Counted from the stretch's first letter, positions 30,345 through 40,199 are shown. The stretch: 64,000 nucleotides of DNA from an uncultured Veillonellaceae bacterium (GCA_963805085.1 CAWDTA010000002.1:1952001-2016000), one strand, 5' to 3'. Notes: generated by a model from the letters alone, not told the origin. Translations and numbers: made by a program.

Positions 30345-30914
30345 ATGCTAGCAGTGGAAGATATGAAAAGTAAAGAAAGAATAAAAGTGATCAAAATGAA
30401 AAATAAGATTGGCTTTCAATTGGACAAGATAGCATTTCTTGATCGTGATGGTGTTGTAAATGTGAAAATGCCTGACGGATGTTATGTAACAAATTGGAGT
30501 GAATTTAAGTTCTTAGATGGAGCTATCTCAGGGATAAAATTATTAAATGATTTTGGCTATAAAATTATTATTGTTACAAATCAACGATGTATTGCTAAAA
30601 AAATTATGACTGAATACGAGCTGAATCAAATTCATCAAAAAATGATAGAAGTTGTAGCTGCGTCTGGGGGAGAAATTGAAACTATTTATTATTGTCCACA
30701 TGATATTGGAGAATGTCAATGTCGAAAACCTAATGCTGGGTTGTTTTTGCAGGCAGAAAAAGTTTTTGCAGTTGACAAGGCAAAATCTTTTATGATTGGT
30801 GACTCAATATCAGATGTAGAAGCTGGACGTAAATATGGGATTCAGAGTTATTTATTAAAGAATCCAGAGAATCTTGAAAGTTTAACAAGAAAGATATTGA
30901 AACTTAATAAATAA
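30345..30914 (+). CDS. gmhB: Heptose-1,7-bisphosphate phosphatase (GmhB-like HAD)
   Basis: FLDRDGV, TNQ, CPH..CQCRKP, MIGDS..D. Confidence 0.85.
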   Translation: MLAVEDMKSKERIKVIKMKNKIGFQLDKIAFLDRDGVVNVKMPDGCYVTNWSEFKFLDGAISGIKLLNDFGYKIIIVTNQRCIAKKIMTEYELNQIHQKMIEVVAASGGEIETIYYCPHDIGECQCRKPNAGLFLQAEKVFAVDKAKSFMIGDSISDVEAGRKYGIQSYLLKNPENLESLTRKILKLNK

Positions 30915-31070
30915 TATTTTAATGCTTTAGTTGCATACCAGTGGAAGGAACGATCATTCTGGCGTAAGAAAATCGCCTGAATGAAGCATATGGTAAATGC
31001 CAAAAGTAAGGTGCGTTTTCTACTAACTATGCAAAGACCCTATCAAGACGGTGCATTCAATATTAGGATA

Positions 31071-31124
31071 AAAAAGTACAGACAGATAAAAATCGGAGAG
31101 ATTTTTATCTGTCTGTACTTTTTT
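31071..31124. terminator. Bidirectional terminator between convergent gmhB and rfbF
   Basis: aaaaagtacagacagataaaaatc / gatttttatctgtctgtacttttt perfect stem. Confidence 0.9.
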
Positions 31125-31130
31125 ATTGAG

Positions 31131-31907
31131 TTACCATATCTTCCAAGGAGCTTGTTCTCTTTGCCAGAGATCTTCTAAGAACCATTTATCGCGTTGAGTG
31201 TCCATACATTGCCAAAAGCCGTGATGCTTAAAAGCTTGTAATTGTCCTTTTTTCGCAATTAACTCAAGTGGAGATTTTTCAAATACAGTCTCATCGTTAT
31301 GAATGTAGTCGAATATTTCAGGTTCTAAAACCATGAATCCGCCATTAATCCAGCCACCGTCTTCTTTTGCTTTTTCTACAAATTTATTGATGGTACTACC
31401 ATGAGGATCAATGTCAAGTACACCAAAACGACCGCCTGGCTGGATTGCTGTCATGGTTGCGATTGGTTTATGTTGCTGATGGAATTTCACCAATTCCTCA
31501 ATGTTTACATCACTGACACCATCGCCATAGGTTAGCATAAATGGTTCATTACCGATATAGTCTCGAACTCGTTTGATACGACCGCCTGTAGCAGTGGCGT
31601 AGCCAGTATCAACGAGAGTTACTTTCCATGGCTCAGCGACATTATTATGAACAATCATCTGATTGTTGTTGGCAAAATCAAAAGTGATATCAGAAGTATG
31701 TAAAAAATAATCAGCAAAGTATTCTTTGATGACATAGCCTTTATAGCCAAGACAGACAATGAATTCATTAAACCCATAATGTGTGTATATTTTCATGATA
31801 TGCCAAAGAATTGGGTTGCCGCCGATTTCAATCATTGGTTTTGGTTTTAAATGCGATTCTTCACTGATCCTTGTACCTAGTCCGCCTGCTAAAATAACAA
31901 CTTTCAT
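31131..31907 (-). CDS. rfbF: Glucose-1-phosphate cytidylyltransferase
   Basis: LAGGLGTRISEE..PKPM, TGGRIKR, TYGDG, FWQCMDT. Confidence 0.95.
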   Translation of the reverse strand: MKVVILAGGLGTRISEESHLKPKPMIEIGGNPILWHIMKIYTHYGFNEFIVCLGYKGYVIKEYFADYFLHTSDITFDFANNNQMIVHNNVAEPWKVTLVDTGYATATGGRIKRVRDYIGNEPFMLTYGDGVSDVNIEELVKFHQQHKPIATMTAIQPGGRFGVLDIDPHGSTINKFVEKAKEDGGWINGGFMVLEPEIFDYIHNDETVFEKSPLELIAKKGQLQAFKHHGFWQCMDTQRDKWFLEDLWQREQAPWKIW

Positions 31908-32038
31908 ATCATAAGCCCCTTCGATAAAAATTTTGAATATTGAATTATTCTTTTATTGGTCAAAAAGAGTATATTCTTGTATAAGTGATAATATGATACT
32001 TTATAGATAAGAATGTGATGAAGCAGGTGAAGTGGGGA

Positions 32039-33085
32039 ATGAAGAAATCATTTTGGCAAGGAAAAAAAGTATTTTTGACTGGACACACTGGATTCAAAGG
32101 TTCATGGCTTAGTCTATGGCTTGGTAGTTTAGGGGCACAAGTAATAGGATATTCTTTAGAAACACCAACGAAACCAAGTTTATTTGAAATCGCAAGAGTA
32201 GATACCTTGCTTGATTCTACGATTGGTGATATTTGTGATTATCAATATTTAAGTGAAGCAATGAAAAGAGCGAATCCTGATATTGTGATTCATATGGCAG
32301 CGCAGGCTTTGGCTCGGGATTCTTATCATAAACCATTACGGACCTATCAAACAAATGTAATGGGAACGGCAAATGTATTAGAAAGCACAAGGCAATGCAA
32401 AAATATAAAAGCTGTTGTGGTGGTTACTACGGATAAATGCTATGAGAATAAAGAATGGTACTGGGGCTATCGTGAAAATGATGCCTTGGGTGGCTATGAT
32501 CCGTATTCGAGCAGTAAAGCTTGTGCAGAAATTGTAACTGCGGCCTATCGTCAGTCCTTTTTAAAAGAAGCGGGAATTTCAGTTGCTACGGTCAGGGCGG
32601 GAAATGTGATCGGTGGTGGCGATTGGGCGAAAGATCGTTTGATTCCAGATTGCCTGCGAGCAATTGAAAACAATGAGAAAATCATGATTCGTAGTCCACA
32701 GGCGATCCGCCCGTGGCAGCATGTATTAGAACCATTGAGCGGTTATATGATGTTAGCGGAAAAACTCTATGAAGAGGGCAGCTTTTGGGCGGAAAGCTGG
32801 AATTTTGGACCACGTGATCATTCGATACTTTGTGTAGGGGATTTGGTCAAAAAGCTATGCAACAGTTTAAATGCTGATTATGAGATTCAACAAAATGATG
32901 CTTTGCATGAGGCTAAATATTTAAAACTGGATTGTTCAAAAGCCAATATGAAATTAGGCTGGCAAGCTCAGTTATCTATAGATGAAAGTTTGCAATATAT
33001 CATTGCGTGGTTTGAAGCATATCGAAATGGTGAAGACATGCAGAAGGTTTCTTTAAGACAGATTGAAAAATATAATAATAAATAA
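32039..33085 (+). CDS. rfbG: CDP-glucose 4,6-dehydratase
   Basis: [45 protein letters not shown]. Confidence 0.95.
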   Translation: MKKSFWQGKKVFLTGHTGFKGSWLSLWLGSLGAQVIGYSLETPTKPSLFEIARVDTLLDSTIGDICDYQYLSEAMKRANPDIVIHMAAQALARDSYHKPLRTYQTNVMGTANVLESTRQCKNIKAVVVVTTDKCYENKEWYWGYRENDALGGYDPYSSSKACAEIVTAAYRQSFLKEAGISVATVRAGNVIGGGDWAKDRLIPDCLRAIENNEKIMIRSPQAIRPWQHVLEPLSGYMMLAEKLYEEGSFWAESWNFGPRDHSILCVGDLVKKLCNSLNADYEIQQNDALHEAKYLKLDCSKANMKLGWQAQLSIDESLQYIIAWFEAYRNGEDMQKVSLRQIEKYNNK

Positions 33086-33086
33086 A

Positions 33087-33198
33087 TAAAACAGTAACAA
33101 TGCCAGGCTTCGGAGCATCAGCACCAGCAAGCATATTGTTCAAAAAATTTGGCTTTACAACTGAGAATGTTATAAAAACAGTAAAAGAAGTATTATAG
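33087..33198 (+). repeat. Second copy of the transketolase 3' end (direct repeat of 2262-2373)
   Basis: 112 nt with 6 mismatches to 2262-2373 by my count. Confidence 0.93.
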
Positions 33199-33212
33199 GG
33201 ATAAGATACATG

Positions 33213-33247
33213 AAAAATGCGCTATCGCGATTTGCGATAGCGCATTT
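33213..33247 (+). terminator. Hairpin shared with 37116-37152
   Basis: aaaaatgcgctatcgc-gattt-gcgatagcgcattt. Followed by agactgtcgacaaa..tgtcggcagtct, a possible IS1182-type end scar. Confidence 0.75.
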
Positions 33248-33629
33248 CAGACTGTCGACAAAGTCATGTCGGCAGTCTTTTTTTATGATAATTTTTTAAT
33301 AAGAAGGTGAATATATTTTGTTGGATTATTCGGATTGTTGTGGAAATTATTTAAAAACATGTTAGTTATTGACAATCGAGAAAGAATGTTTTATGGTAAA
33401 TAAATGCATATGATACATTGGACTTATTTACCATAAAGTTTTCTGGAAGATGATGTTTGATAGAATATATTGCTATACCGAAAAGTAATGAATTTTTAAA
33501 TGAGGAGAATAGAAAATTGTATCGACATTTATTCTGAAGCCCATAGAGTTCATATTCATCGACGATTGAGTTTAAAGATGATTGGATGCGTTAGAATCAA
33601 ATAAATATTTATGAAAGAGGTAACTGGAT

Positions 33630-35204
33630 ATGATCATAATTACGGAAGATATTTTAAAGAGTGTTGAGGCGTTTAAAAAGAAGTTACAACAGTATCGTGA
33701 AGGTAAATTAGAAAATTTGAAATCCTTTAGCTCTATTATGGGAATTTATAAAGAAGGTCCCCAGAGTACATATATGGTAAGGCCAAGAATTGCTGGTGGC
33801 GTAACAACAGTAAAGCAATTGCAAACGATAAGTGCAATTGCCAAAAAATACGGAATTAAGATACGTTTTACAACAAGGCAGGATCTTCAATTTCATTCAG
33901 TGAAAATCGAAGATTTAAGCAATGTGTTAGATGACCTATTAAAATGCGGATTGATTACAAGAGGTGCCGGTGGAGACGGTATAAGAAATGTTGCATGCTC
34001 ACCTCTTTCAGGAGTAGCACAGGATGAGATTTTTGATATTACTCCATATGTTAAGGAAGTTACGAATTTTATGATGAAAGATCCAGCGAATCTTGATTTG
34101 CCAAGAAAATATAAAATCGCTTTTTCAAATAGTCTAGAAGATACAGCAAATGCCACTGTAACTGATATCGGATTTATAGCAAAAATAGTAAATGGCAAAA
34201 GAGGATTTGAAGTATATGGGGGCGGTGGACTTGGGGGTAATGCTAAATTAGCCTTAAAGATTGAGGACTTCATAGCAGATACAGAGGCCTTATACTATAT
34301 ACAAGCAATGAAGCAAATTTTCGCAAGAGAAGGAGATAGGACGAATAGACACAAGGCCAGATTGCGATTTGTTGTCCAGAGATTAGGAGAAAAAGAGTTT
34401 ATCAAGGTGTTTAGAAATGAACTGGATGAATTAAAAAAATCCGGACAAGACTTGAAGCTTCATATCAATTCCGCAGAAGAAAACTTGCAAAACATTAGCC
34501 AAAATAATCAATCGTTATGGGACCCGAAATATAAAAACGTAATATTTCCGCAAAAACAAGCAGGACAGTATTCTTTGTATATTCATCCTAACAGAGCGAC
34601 AATTACTACCCAAGAGCTGGATAAGGTATTGAATTTCTTAGAGAATTTAGACTATGAAATATCGCTACGATTGACTTTAACGCAAGGCTTTTTTGTAAGG
34701 GATTTGCGAGAAAAAGATGTACAAAAATTACTAGAACTAGTAGCTGCGTTTTCGTCTATATTTAATATAGAAAATTCTGTTGCATGTGCAGGACCGACAA
34801 TTTGTAATTTTGGTATTAGTAATTCTCAAGAATTACTCAGCAGTATTTTGGAAGCCTTTAAGGATGCAGCTGATGATATAAAAGCTGCATTGCCACGGGT
34901 TCTTATATCGGGTTGTCATAATTCTTGCTCACAACATCAAAAAGGGCTCATTGGATTTACTGGGAGAAGAAGCCGTACAGAAAATGGGACGATTCCGACC
35001 TATGCTATATCTTTTAATGGAAAAGTCGGTCCAGAAGTAGCCAGGTTTGGAGATGTCTATGGAGATATTCCTGCGGAAAAAATAGCTAACCTTCTTTTGG
35101 AGCTAGCTATTTTGAAAGTAAATTCAGGGTATACATGTTTTGTTGAATTTATAAAATATAAAGAAGCAGAAGTAAGAGTCTTAGTTGCGAATTACTCTTT
35201 ATAA
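33630..35204 (+). CDS. Ferredoxin-type nitrite/sulfite reductase hemoprotein
   Basis: YMVRPR, TTRQDLQFH, RN, LPRKYKIAF. Siroheme/4Fe-4S ligands CAGPTIC and SGCHNSC in the second repeat. Confidence 0.88.
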   Translation: MIIITEDILKSVEAFKKKLQQYREGKLENLKSFSSIMGIYKEGPQSTYMVRPRIAGGVTTVKQLQTISAIAKKYGIKIRFTTRQDLQFHSVKIEDLSNVLDDLLKCGLITRGAGGDGIRNVACSPLSGVAQDEIFDITPYVKEVTNFMMKDPANLDLPRKYKIAFSNSLEDTANATVTDIGFIAKIVNGKRGFEVYGGGGLGGNAKLALKIEDFIADTEALYYIQAMKQIFAREGDRTNRHKARLRFVVQRLGEKEFIKVFRNELDELKKSGQDLKLHINSAEENLQNISQNNQSLWDPKYKNVIFPQKQAGQYSLYIHPNRATITTQELDKVLNFLENLDYEISLRLTLTQGFFVRDLREKDVQKLLELVAAFSSIFNIENSVACAGPTICNFGISNSQELLSSILEAFKDAADDIKAALPRVLISGCHNSCSQHQKGLIGFTGRRSRTENGTIPTYAISFNGKVGPEVARFGDVYGDIPAEKIANLLLELAILKVNSGYTCFVEFIKYKEAEVRVLVANYSL

Positions 35205-35349
35205 GAATTTTGTGGAGACAGGGTGACTTAGTGCAGAGATATTAGCTTTAGAACGTAGACAAACAAAACCTTTGCTAGACAGATGGGCAAACCTTTTGTT
35301 GAATAAATAATTTTTTTTTATTAGCTGACCGTCACGAAGATAACCGTGA

Positions 35350-35470
35350 TTATCAATAAGAGAAATAAAACGAGCAACAGGAAGATCAAGAGGAATTGTA
35401 GCTGAAAGTTGACGGAAAAAAAACGTCCCCTGATGTCGAAAATAAGACCTAAAGAACAGTCCCTTAGTCT
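35350..35470 (+). mobile_element. RAYT C-terminal remnant plus two REP-like palindromes
   Basis: LSIREIKRATGRSRGIVAES*, then gacggaaaaaaaacgtcccctgatgtc and gacctaaagaacagtcccttagtc. Homologous to 1-61. Confidence 0.65.
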
Positions 35471-35493
35471 GCATTAGTTTACCTTAGTCTAAA

Positions 35494-35790
35494 AAATATG
35501 GTTTCATTCAAAGTATGAGCCGTAAGGAAGATTGTTGGAATAATGCCTGCATGGAGTCATTTTGGAGCACATTAAAAAATGAGCTAATTTATCATGAAAA
35601 ATATAGAACAAGGAACCAAGCACGGACTGCCATCTTTGATTATATTGAATCCTTTTATAATAGAATCGACTTCAAGAAAGGCTAAGATACAATTCTCCAG
35701 AAAAGTATGAAAAACTTAGAAATTAAGCGTCCGGCTGAGCTTGTATGGGTCATGTACTATATATCTAAATTTCGTCACTTAAAACAACTC
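35494..35790 (+). pseudogene. IS3-family transposase C-terminal remnant (frameshifted)
   Basis: [35 protein letters not shown], then RL..L.Y.SP in another frame. Confidence 0.85.
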
Positions 35791-35872
35791 ATTCATTATT
35801 GACATAAAAAGTGTAGCGTGCTACACTTTTGTATATAAACTTACGAATCTATAATATACGGGAGGTTTTTAC

Positions 35873-36208
35873 GTGAAAAAAATAAATAAGAAAATGATTG
35901 TGGCATTATGCTTTTCTATGCTTTTGTCTTTTACGGTGACAAATTTTTCTAATATGAATACAATTGCTTTTGCATCTTCTAGTGAAAGTCAGGCAAAATC
36001 AGAAATTGATGCCTTAAAAGCAAAAGGATATTCTGATTCAGATATACAATCTGCTGGAGCTATCGCAGTTGCAAGTAATAATTCAATATCTACAGTTGCA
36101 GCAAAGAAAACAAAATCTAATACGTGGAAAGATGTTCAAAAAATATTTAATGTAAGTGATTCTGCTTATAATCAAGCCTTACAGAAAATAAAAAATATGA
36201 AAAAATAA
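35873..36208 (+). CDS. Small secreted hypothetical protein
   Basis: GGGAGG RBS, basic N-terminus, hydrophobic stretch and AFA cleavage site. Confidence 0.7.
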   Translation: MKKINKKMIVALCFSMLLSFTVTNFSNMNTIAFASSSESQAKSEIDALKAKGYSDSDIQSAGAIAVASNNSISTVAAKKTKSNTWKDVQKIFNVSDSAYNQALQKIKNMKK

Positions 36209-36376
36209 TAGATTTGAAATAATAGATTCTAAGTTTATAAAGGATAAATCATATTTTTACATATTTTTAATGGAAATAATGATAACTTTCTATATTTTAT
36301 TATTAATAGGCAACCCCTTATCTATGCTATAATTAGTAGATAAGGGGTTTTTCCTATAAAATTTAGTAAACGGGAA

Positions 36377-36802
36377 GTGATTATAATAAAACCTATAGGC
36401 TTTATTATTAAACTCATTAATGACAGCATTACAGTTCATGTGAATTCGTCTTTAAAACCTTATGAATTAACTATGAGTCAAATTAACGTTTTAGGATATT
36501 TGCACGAAAATGAAGATAAGTTAGTGACCCAGAAAGAACTGGAAGAACAATTACATGTTTCTCATCCTACGATTGTAGGAATTTTAAAACGTTTAGAAAA
36601 AAAAGGACTTATTAGAACTTTTTTGAATCCTAATAAAAAAACAATGAAAATTGTAACTCTTACAGAATACGAGGCAGAGTTATTTAAAAACCTAAGTAGA
36701 GGGGCAAAAGAATTTGAAAATAAATTGTTAGCTGGATTTACAGATGATGAAAAATCTCGGTTGGAAGAATTCTTGATTCGCTTGCATAAAAATATCAATT
36801 AA
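36377..36802 (+). CDS. MarR family transcriptional regulator
   Basis: LTMSQ..VL..L, TQKELE..HPT..GILKRLEKKGLI.R. Confidence 0.9.
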   Translation: MIIIKPIGFIIKLINDSITVHVNSSLKPYELTMSQINVLGYLHENEDKLVTQKELEEQLHVSHPTIVGILKRLEKKGLIRTFLNPNKKTMKIVTLTEYEAELFKNLSRGAKEFENKLLAGFTDDEKSRLEEFLIRLHKNIN

Positions 36803-37054
36803 TAAAGAATAAACAGCAAAAGTAATTTAAAAATACTTATATATTGTGCGGTTTGTGCAAGTATAAATATTGCAGCCTTCTCGGTTTTGTGTACACAAAT
36901 TAGGGCAGAAAAAACGAAAGAATCGTAGGATAGCATAGTTTTTGGGTGACAGAGGAGATTCCTTTTATAGTACTAAAGGAGTGCAGTGCTTCAAAAATTC
37001 GGATACTGCCCCTAGTTGTATCGGCATAGGAGTATTGAGATGTGGGGAATAAGA

Positions 37055-37152
37055 TAAATACATTGGCTTAGATGGTAAAAACAGTAAAAGAAGTACTATA
37101 AGAATAACATAAATGAAAAATACGCTATCGCGATTTGCGATAGCGCATTTTT
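37055..37152 (+). repeat. Third, internally deleted copy of the transketolase 3' end plus the shared hairpin
   Basis: taaatacattggcttagatggtaaaa (as 2241-2266) joined to acagtaaaagaagtactataagaataa (as 2353-2379), then the 33213-type hairpin. Confidence 0.88.
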
Positions 37153-37393
37153 GTCATAGAAAACAAAACGACATAATTTAAAACTGGAGCTAGTTCTCTT
37201 GGATTTGGTTTGCAATTTTAAATTAGCGACCTTTTAGTGGACTCCTAAAAGTAAAATACTTGGACAATATTATGACATTCCAAATAAGAATGACTAAGGA
37301 TATTCTTATATCTTAAATTAAATTGAGTATAATTATTACATTTTTAGAGAAAAATAGTAAAGGAAGAATATCTTTATAAAAGGAGTTTTTTTT

Positions 37394-38338
37394 ATGACAG
37401 AACAAAACAACAAAAATTATGCCCTAGGTGCTCCTGCTGCTTATCAACTTGCTGATGTAGTAAAAACAACACCACAATTCGAATCGATTACTCCAAGATG
37501 GCTAACAAAATTATTTGATTGGAAGCCGCTGGAGACAGGAGTGTTTAGATTAAATAAAGTAAAAGAGGGGCAAACACCGCTAGATGCGCTTTGCAGGCAG
37601 AAAGATAATGAAAATATACCGGAAGGTTTTGTAGATTATGAGCCAGAACCTCGTGAATACACATTAAAATCCATATCTTCGGTAATCAATTATCACACTC
37701 GTATATCCGACTTGTATAGCAGCCCTTATGACCAAATTACAGAACAACTTCGCTTAGGTATTGAATGTGTTAAGGAAAGACAAGAAAGCGAGCTTATTAA
37801 CAATGCTGATTATGGACTTCTAAAAAATATTGCTAATTCCCAGAGGATTCAAACGCGCAGTGGTTATCCTACTCCAGATGATATGGACGAACTGATTTCA
37901 AAAGTATGGAAAGAACCTTCCTTTTTTCTTGCCCATCCAAGGGCAATCGCAGCCTTTGGTCGTGAATGTACAAAACGTGGAGTGCCTCCAGCAACTGTAA
38001 CTTTATTCGGTGCACAGTTTTTAACATGGAGAGGTATTCCAATTGTTCCTACCGATAAACTATTCGTTGATGGTCAAAAAAAGCCGAAGGATAAAGCTGG
38101 CAAAACGAATATCCTTCTTGTCCGCACCGGAGAAAAGAAGCAGGGAGTTATTGGACTTTATAAGGCAGGGCTTCCAGGAGAACAGTCCAGAGGATTATCT
38201 GTAAGGTTCATGGGTATCGATAAAACTGGAATAGCATCCTATATTCTGTCTTTATATTGTTCTGTCGCTATTTTAGTTGATGACGCTCTTGCAGTGCTTG
38301 AGAATGTCGATGTAGGAAATTATTATGAGTATAAATAA
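37394..38338 (+). CDS. Family 2A encapsulin shell protein (SrpI-like)
   Basis: AL...AA.QLA...KT.PQ...ITPRWL, FVDYE..PREY.L, SDLYSSPYDQ..EQLRL, KERQESELINN.DYGLL, PTPDDMDELI, AFGRECT.RGVPP. Confidence 0.93.
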   Translation: MTEQNNKNYALGAPAAYQLADVVKTTPQFESITPRWLTKLFDWKPLETGVFRLNKVKEGQTPLDALCRQKDNENIPEGFVDYEPEPREYTLKSISSVINYHTRISDLYSSPYDQITEQLRLGIECVKERQESELINNADYGLLKNIANSQRIQTRSGYPTPDDMDELISKVWKEPSFFLAHPRAIAAFGRECTKRGVPPATVTLFGAQFLTWRGIPIVPTDKLFVDGQKKPKDKAGKTNILLVRTGEKKQGVIGLYKAGLPGEQSRGLSVRFMGIDKTGIASYILSLYCSVAILVDDALAVLENVDVGNYYEYK

Positions 38339-39962
38339 TAGTAATAGTATAAATTCTGGATTTGATACTACGGGACTACCAGTAGATTCTTTTCAGTTTA
38401 GTAGTCATCAGCCCCTAGATACTTCTGTACTAGCAGCGATGGCAAGTGTGTATTTCCCTGAGTTTGGCAATTCGGAAGCTCCATCGTCACTACAGTCAGT
38501 GGAGCAAACAGTGCAATCAGAGAATGGAGTTTCAGTGGTGGATTTCATAAACGCAATTCCAGTTGCAATGAAAAACATTACTAGCGTTGAAGGTCAAGCA
38601 ATAAGACAAAGTCAATCCATGCCTTTTTGTTTTTTGGAAGAAGCAAGATCCATCTTTACGAAGATTGAAAATACGGTAGGCAATCAAAGTAAGAATGCAT
38701 CAGAAAAACTTGTTAGCCCTAAACTCCATGTATATTGCAATCCGTTTGATGTGACGGCTATTCGTAAGGATTTCCCCATATTAACGGAGAAGGTAAATGG
38801 GAAAAATCTAATCTGGTTTGATAATGCGGCGACAACACAAAAACCGAAAAGTGTAATTGAGCGCTTAAGCAATTTTTATCAGCATGAAAACTCTAACATA
38901 CATAGAGCGGCACATACCTTAGCGGCACGTGCAACTGATGCGTATGAGGAAGCAAGAGATAAAGTAAGAATGTTTCTGAATGCTTCTTCCTCTAAAGAAA
39001 TTGTGTTTGTCCGTGGTGCAACAGAAGCGATTAATCTGGTTGCCCAAAGTTGGGGGAAATACAATCTGCAGAAAGATGACGAAGTCATAGTAAGTTTACT
39101 AGAACATCACGCTAATATTGTTCCTTGGCAAATGATTTGTTTTGAAACAGGAGCCAAGCTTCGTGTTATTCCTGTTGATGAAACGGGTCAGATTCTTTTG
39201 CAGGAATACGAAAAGCTTCTCAATCCTAAAACTAAAATAGTTGCTGTTACTCATGTTTCCAATACACTAGGTACGGTTAGTCCAGTAGGGGAAATCGTAA
39301 AGATTGCGCATAGATATGGGGCAAAAGTGTTAATCGATGGCGCTCAGGCGGTTTCTCATATGAAGGTAGATGTCCAGGCTCTGGACTGCGATTTTTATGT
39401 CTTTTCTGGACACAAGATTTTTGCGCCTACAGGCATAGGCGTCTTATATGGAAAATCTGAAATTTTGAACGCCATGCATCCTTACCACGGGGGCGGAAAT
39501 ATGATAGCAGATGTTACCATTGAAAAAACGGTATATAAAGATCCTCCTAACAGGTTTGAGGCTGGAACAGGAAATATTGCAGATGCTGTCGGTCTTGGTG
39601 CAGCTATCGATTATGTAAATTCCATAGGTATTGAAAATATCAATACCTATGAGAATCGTTTGCTAGAATACGGAATGAATAGTCTGCAAGGTGTACCAGG
39701 CTTACGACTTATTGGTACGGCAAGAGAAAAAGCCAGCGTTATGTCTTTTGTCATTGACGGTTTCACGCCAGAAGAAATTGGCAATACACTGAGCGAAGAA
39801 GGAATCGCTGTTCGTTCAGGACATCATTGTGCCCAGCCGATTTTAAGAAGATTCGGATTGGAAGCTACTGTACGACCTTCACTTGCCTTTTATAATACCT
39901 ATGAAGAAATCGATATACTGGTCTCAGTACTTTGCAAGTTGAAAAAAAGTCGTCTACCTTAA
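38325..39962 (+). CDS. SufS-type cysteine desulfurase with N-terminal encapsulin cargo-loading extension
   Basis: ~140 aa low-complexity N-terminus with LAAMASVYF, then DNAATTQKP, FSGHK and RSGHHCAQP. Overlaps the encapsulin stop. Confidence 0.93.
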   Translation: MSINNSNSINSGFDTTGLPVDSFQFSSHQPLDTSVLAAMASVYFPEFGNSEAPSSLQSVEQTVQSENGVSVVDFINAIPVAMKNITSVEGQAIRQSQSMPFCFLEEARSIFTKIENTVGNQSKNASEKLVSPKLHVYCNPFDVTAIRKDFPILTEKVNGKNLIWFDNAATTQKPKSVIERLSNFYQHENSNIHRAAHTLAARATDAYEEARDKVRMFLNASSSKEIVFVRGATEAINLVAQSWGKYNLQKDDEVIVSLLEHHANIVPWQMICFETGAKLRVIPVDETGQILLQEYEKLLNPKTKIVAVTHVSNTLGTVSPVGEIVKIAHRYGAKVLIDGAQAVSHMKVDVQALDCDFYVFSGHKIFAPTGIGVLYGKSEILNAMHPYHGGGNMIADVTIEKTVYKDPPNRFEAGTGNIADAVGLGAAIDYVNSIGIENINTYENRLLEYGMNSLQGVPGLRLIGTAREKASVMSFVIDGFTPEEIGNTLSEEGIAVRSGHHCAQPILRRFGLEATVRPSLAFYNTYEEIDILVSVLCKLKKSRLP

Positions 39963-40171
39963 TATACTACCCTAATAGCTACAGATAACAATGGCATTAA
40001 AAAAAGATGACTCCTGTTCAGTACAGAATCATCTTCTTAATATTGCATAGCCTTTTTTTATTCTCCGTAACAAAGTGTACACATTAAATATAAAACGAGG
40101 TCTATGGACGTAAAAAAATCCGCTAACCTCGCTTTTTCTATATAAAAATTCATATTTCGATTTACTTTTGC

Positions 40172-40199
40172 TTGCAATCCCCAACAAATGGATTATAAT
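40172..40199 (+). promoter_or_regulatory. SigA-like promoter for the structured leader
   Basis: TTGCAA-16 nt-TATAAT. Confidence 0.6.

Noticed and set aside
30981-31178. 65-aa ORF
   Set aside because: Runs through a terminator and overlaps rfbF on the opposite strand.
35199-35474. 91-aa minus-strand ORF
   Set aside because: Antisense to the RAYT remnant and REP-like motifs.
37270-37305. Rrf2 (CymR/IscR) operator upstream of the encapsulin
   Set aside because: Only a weak imperfect palindrome in AT-rich DNA.
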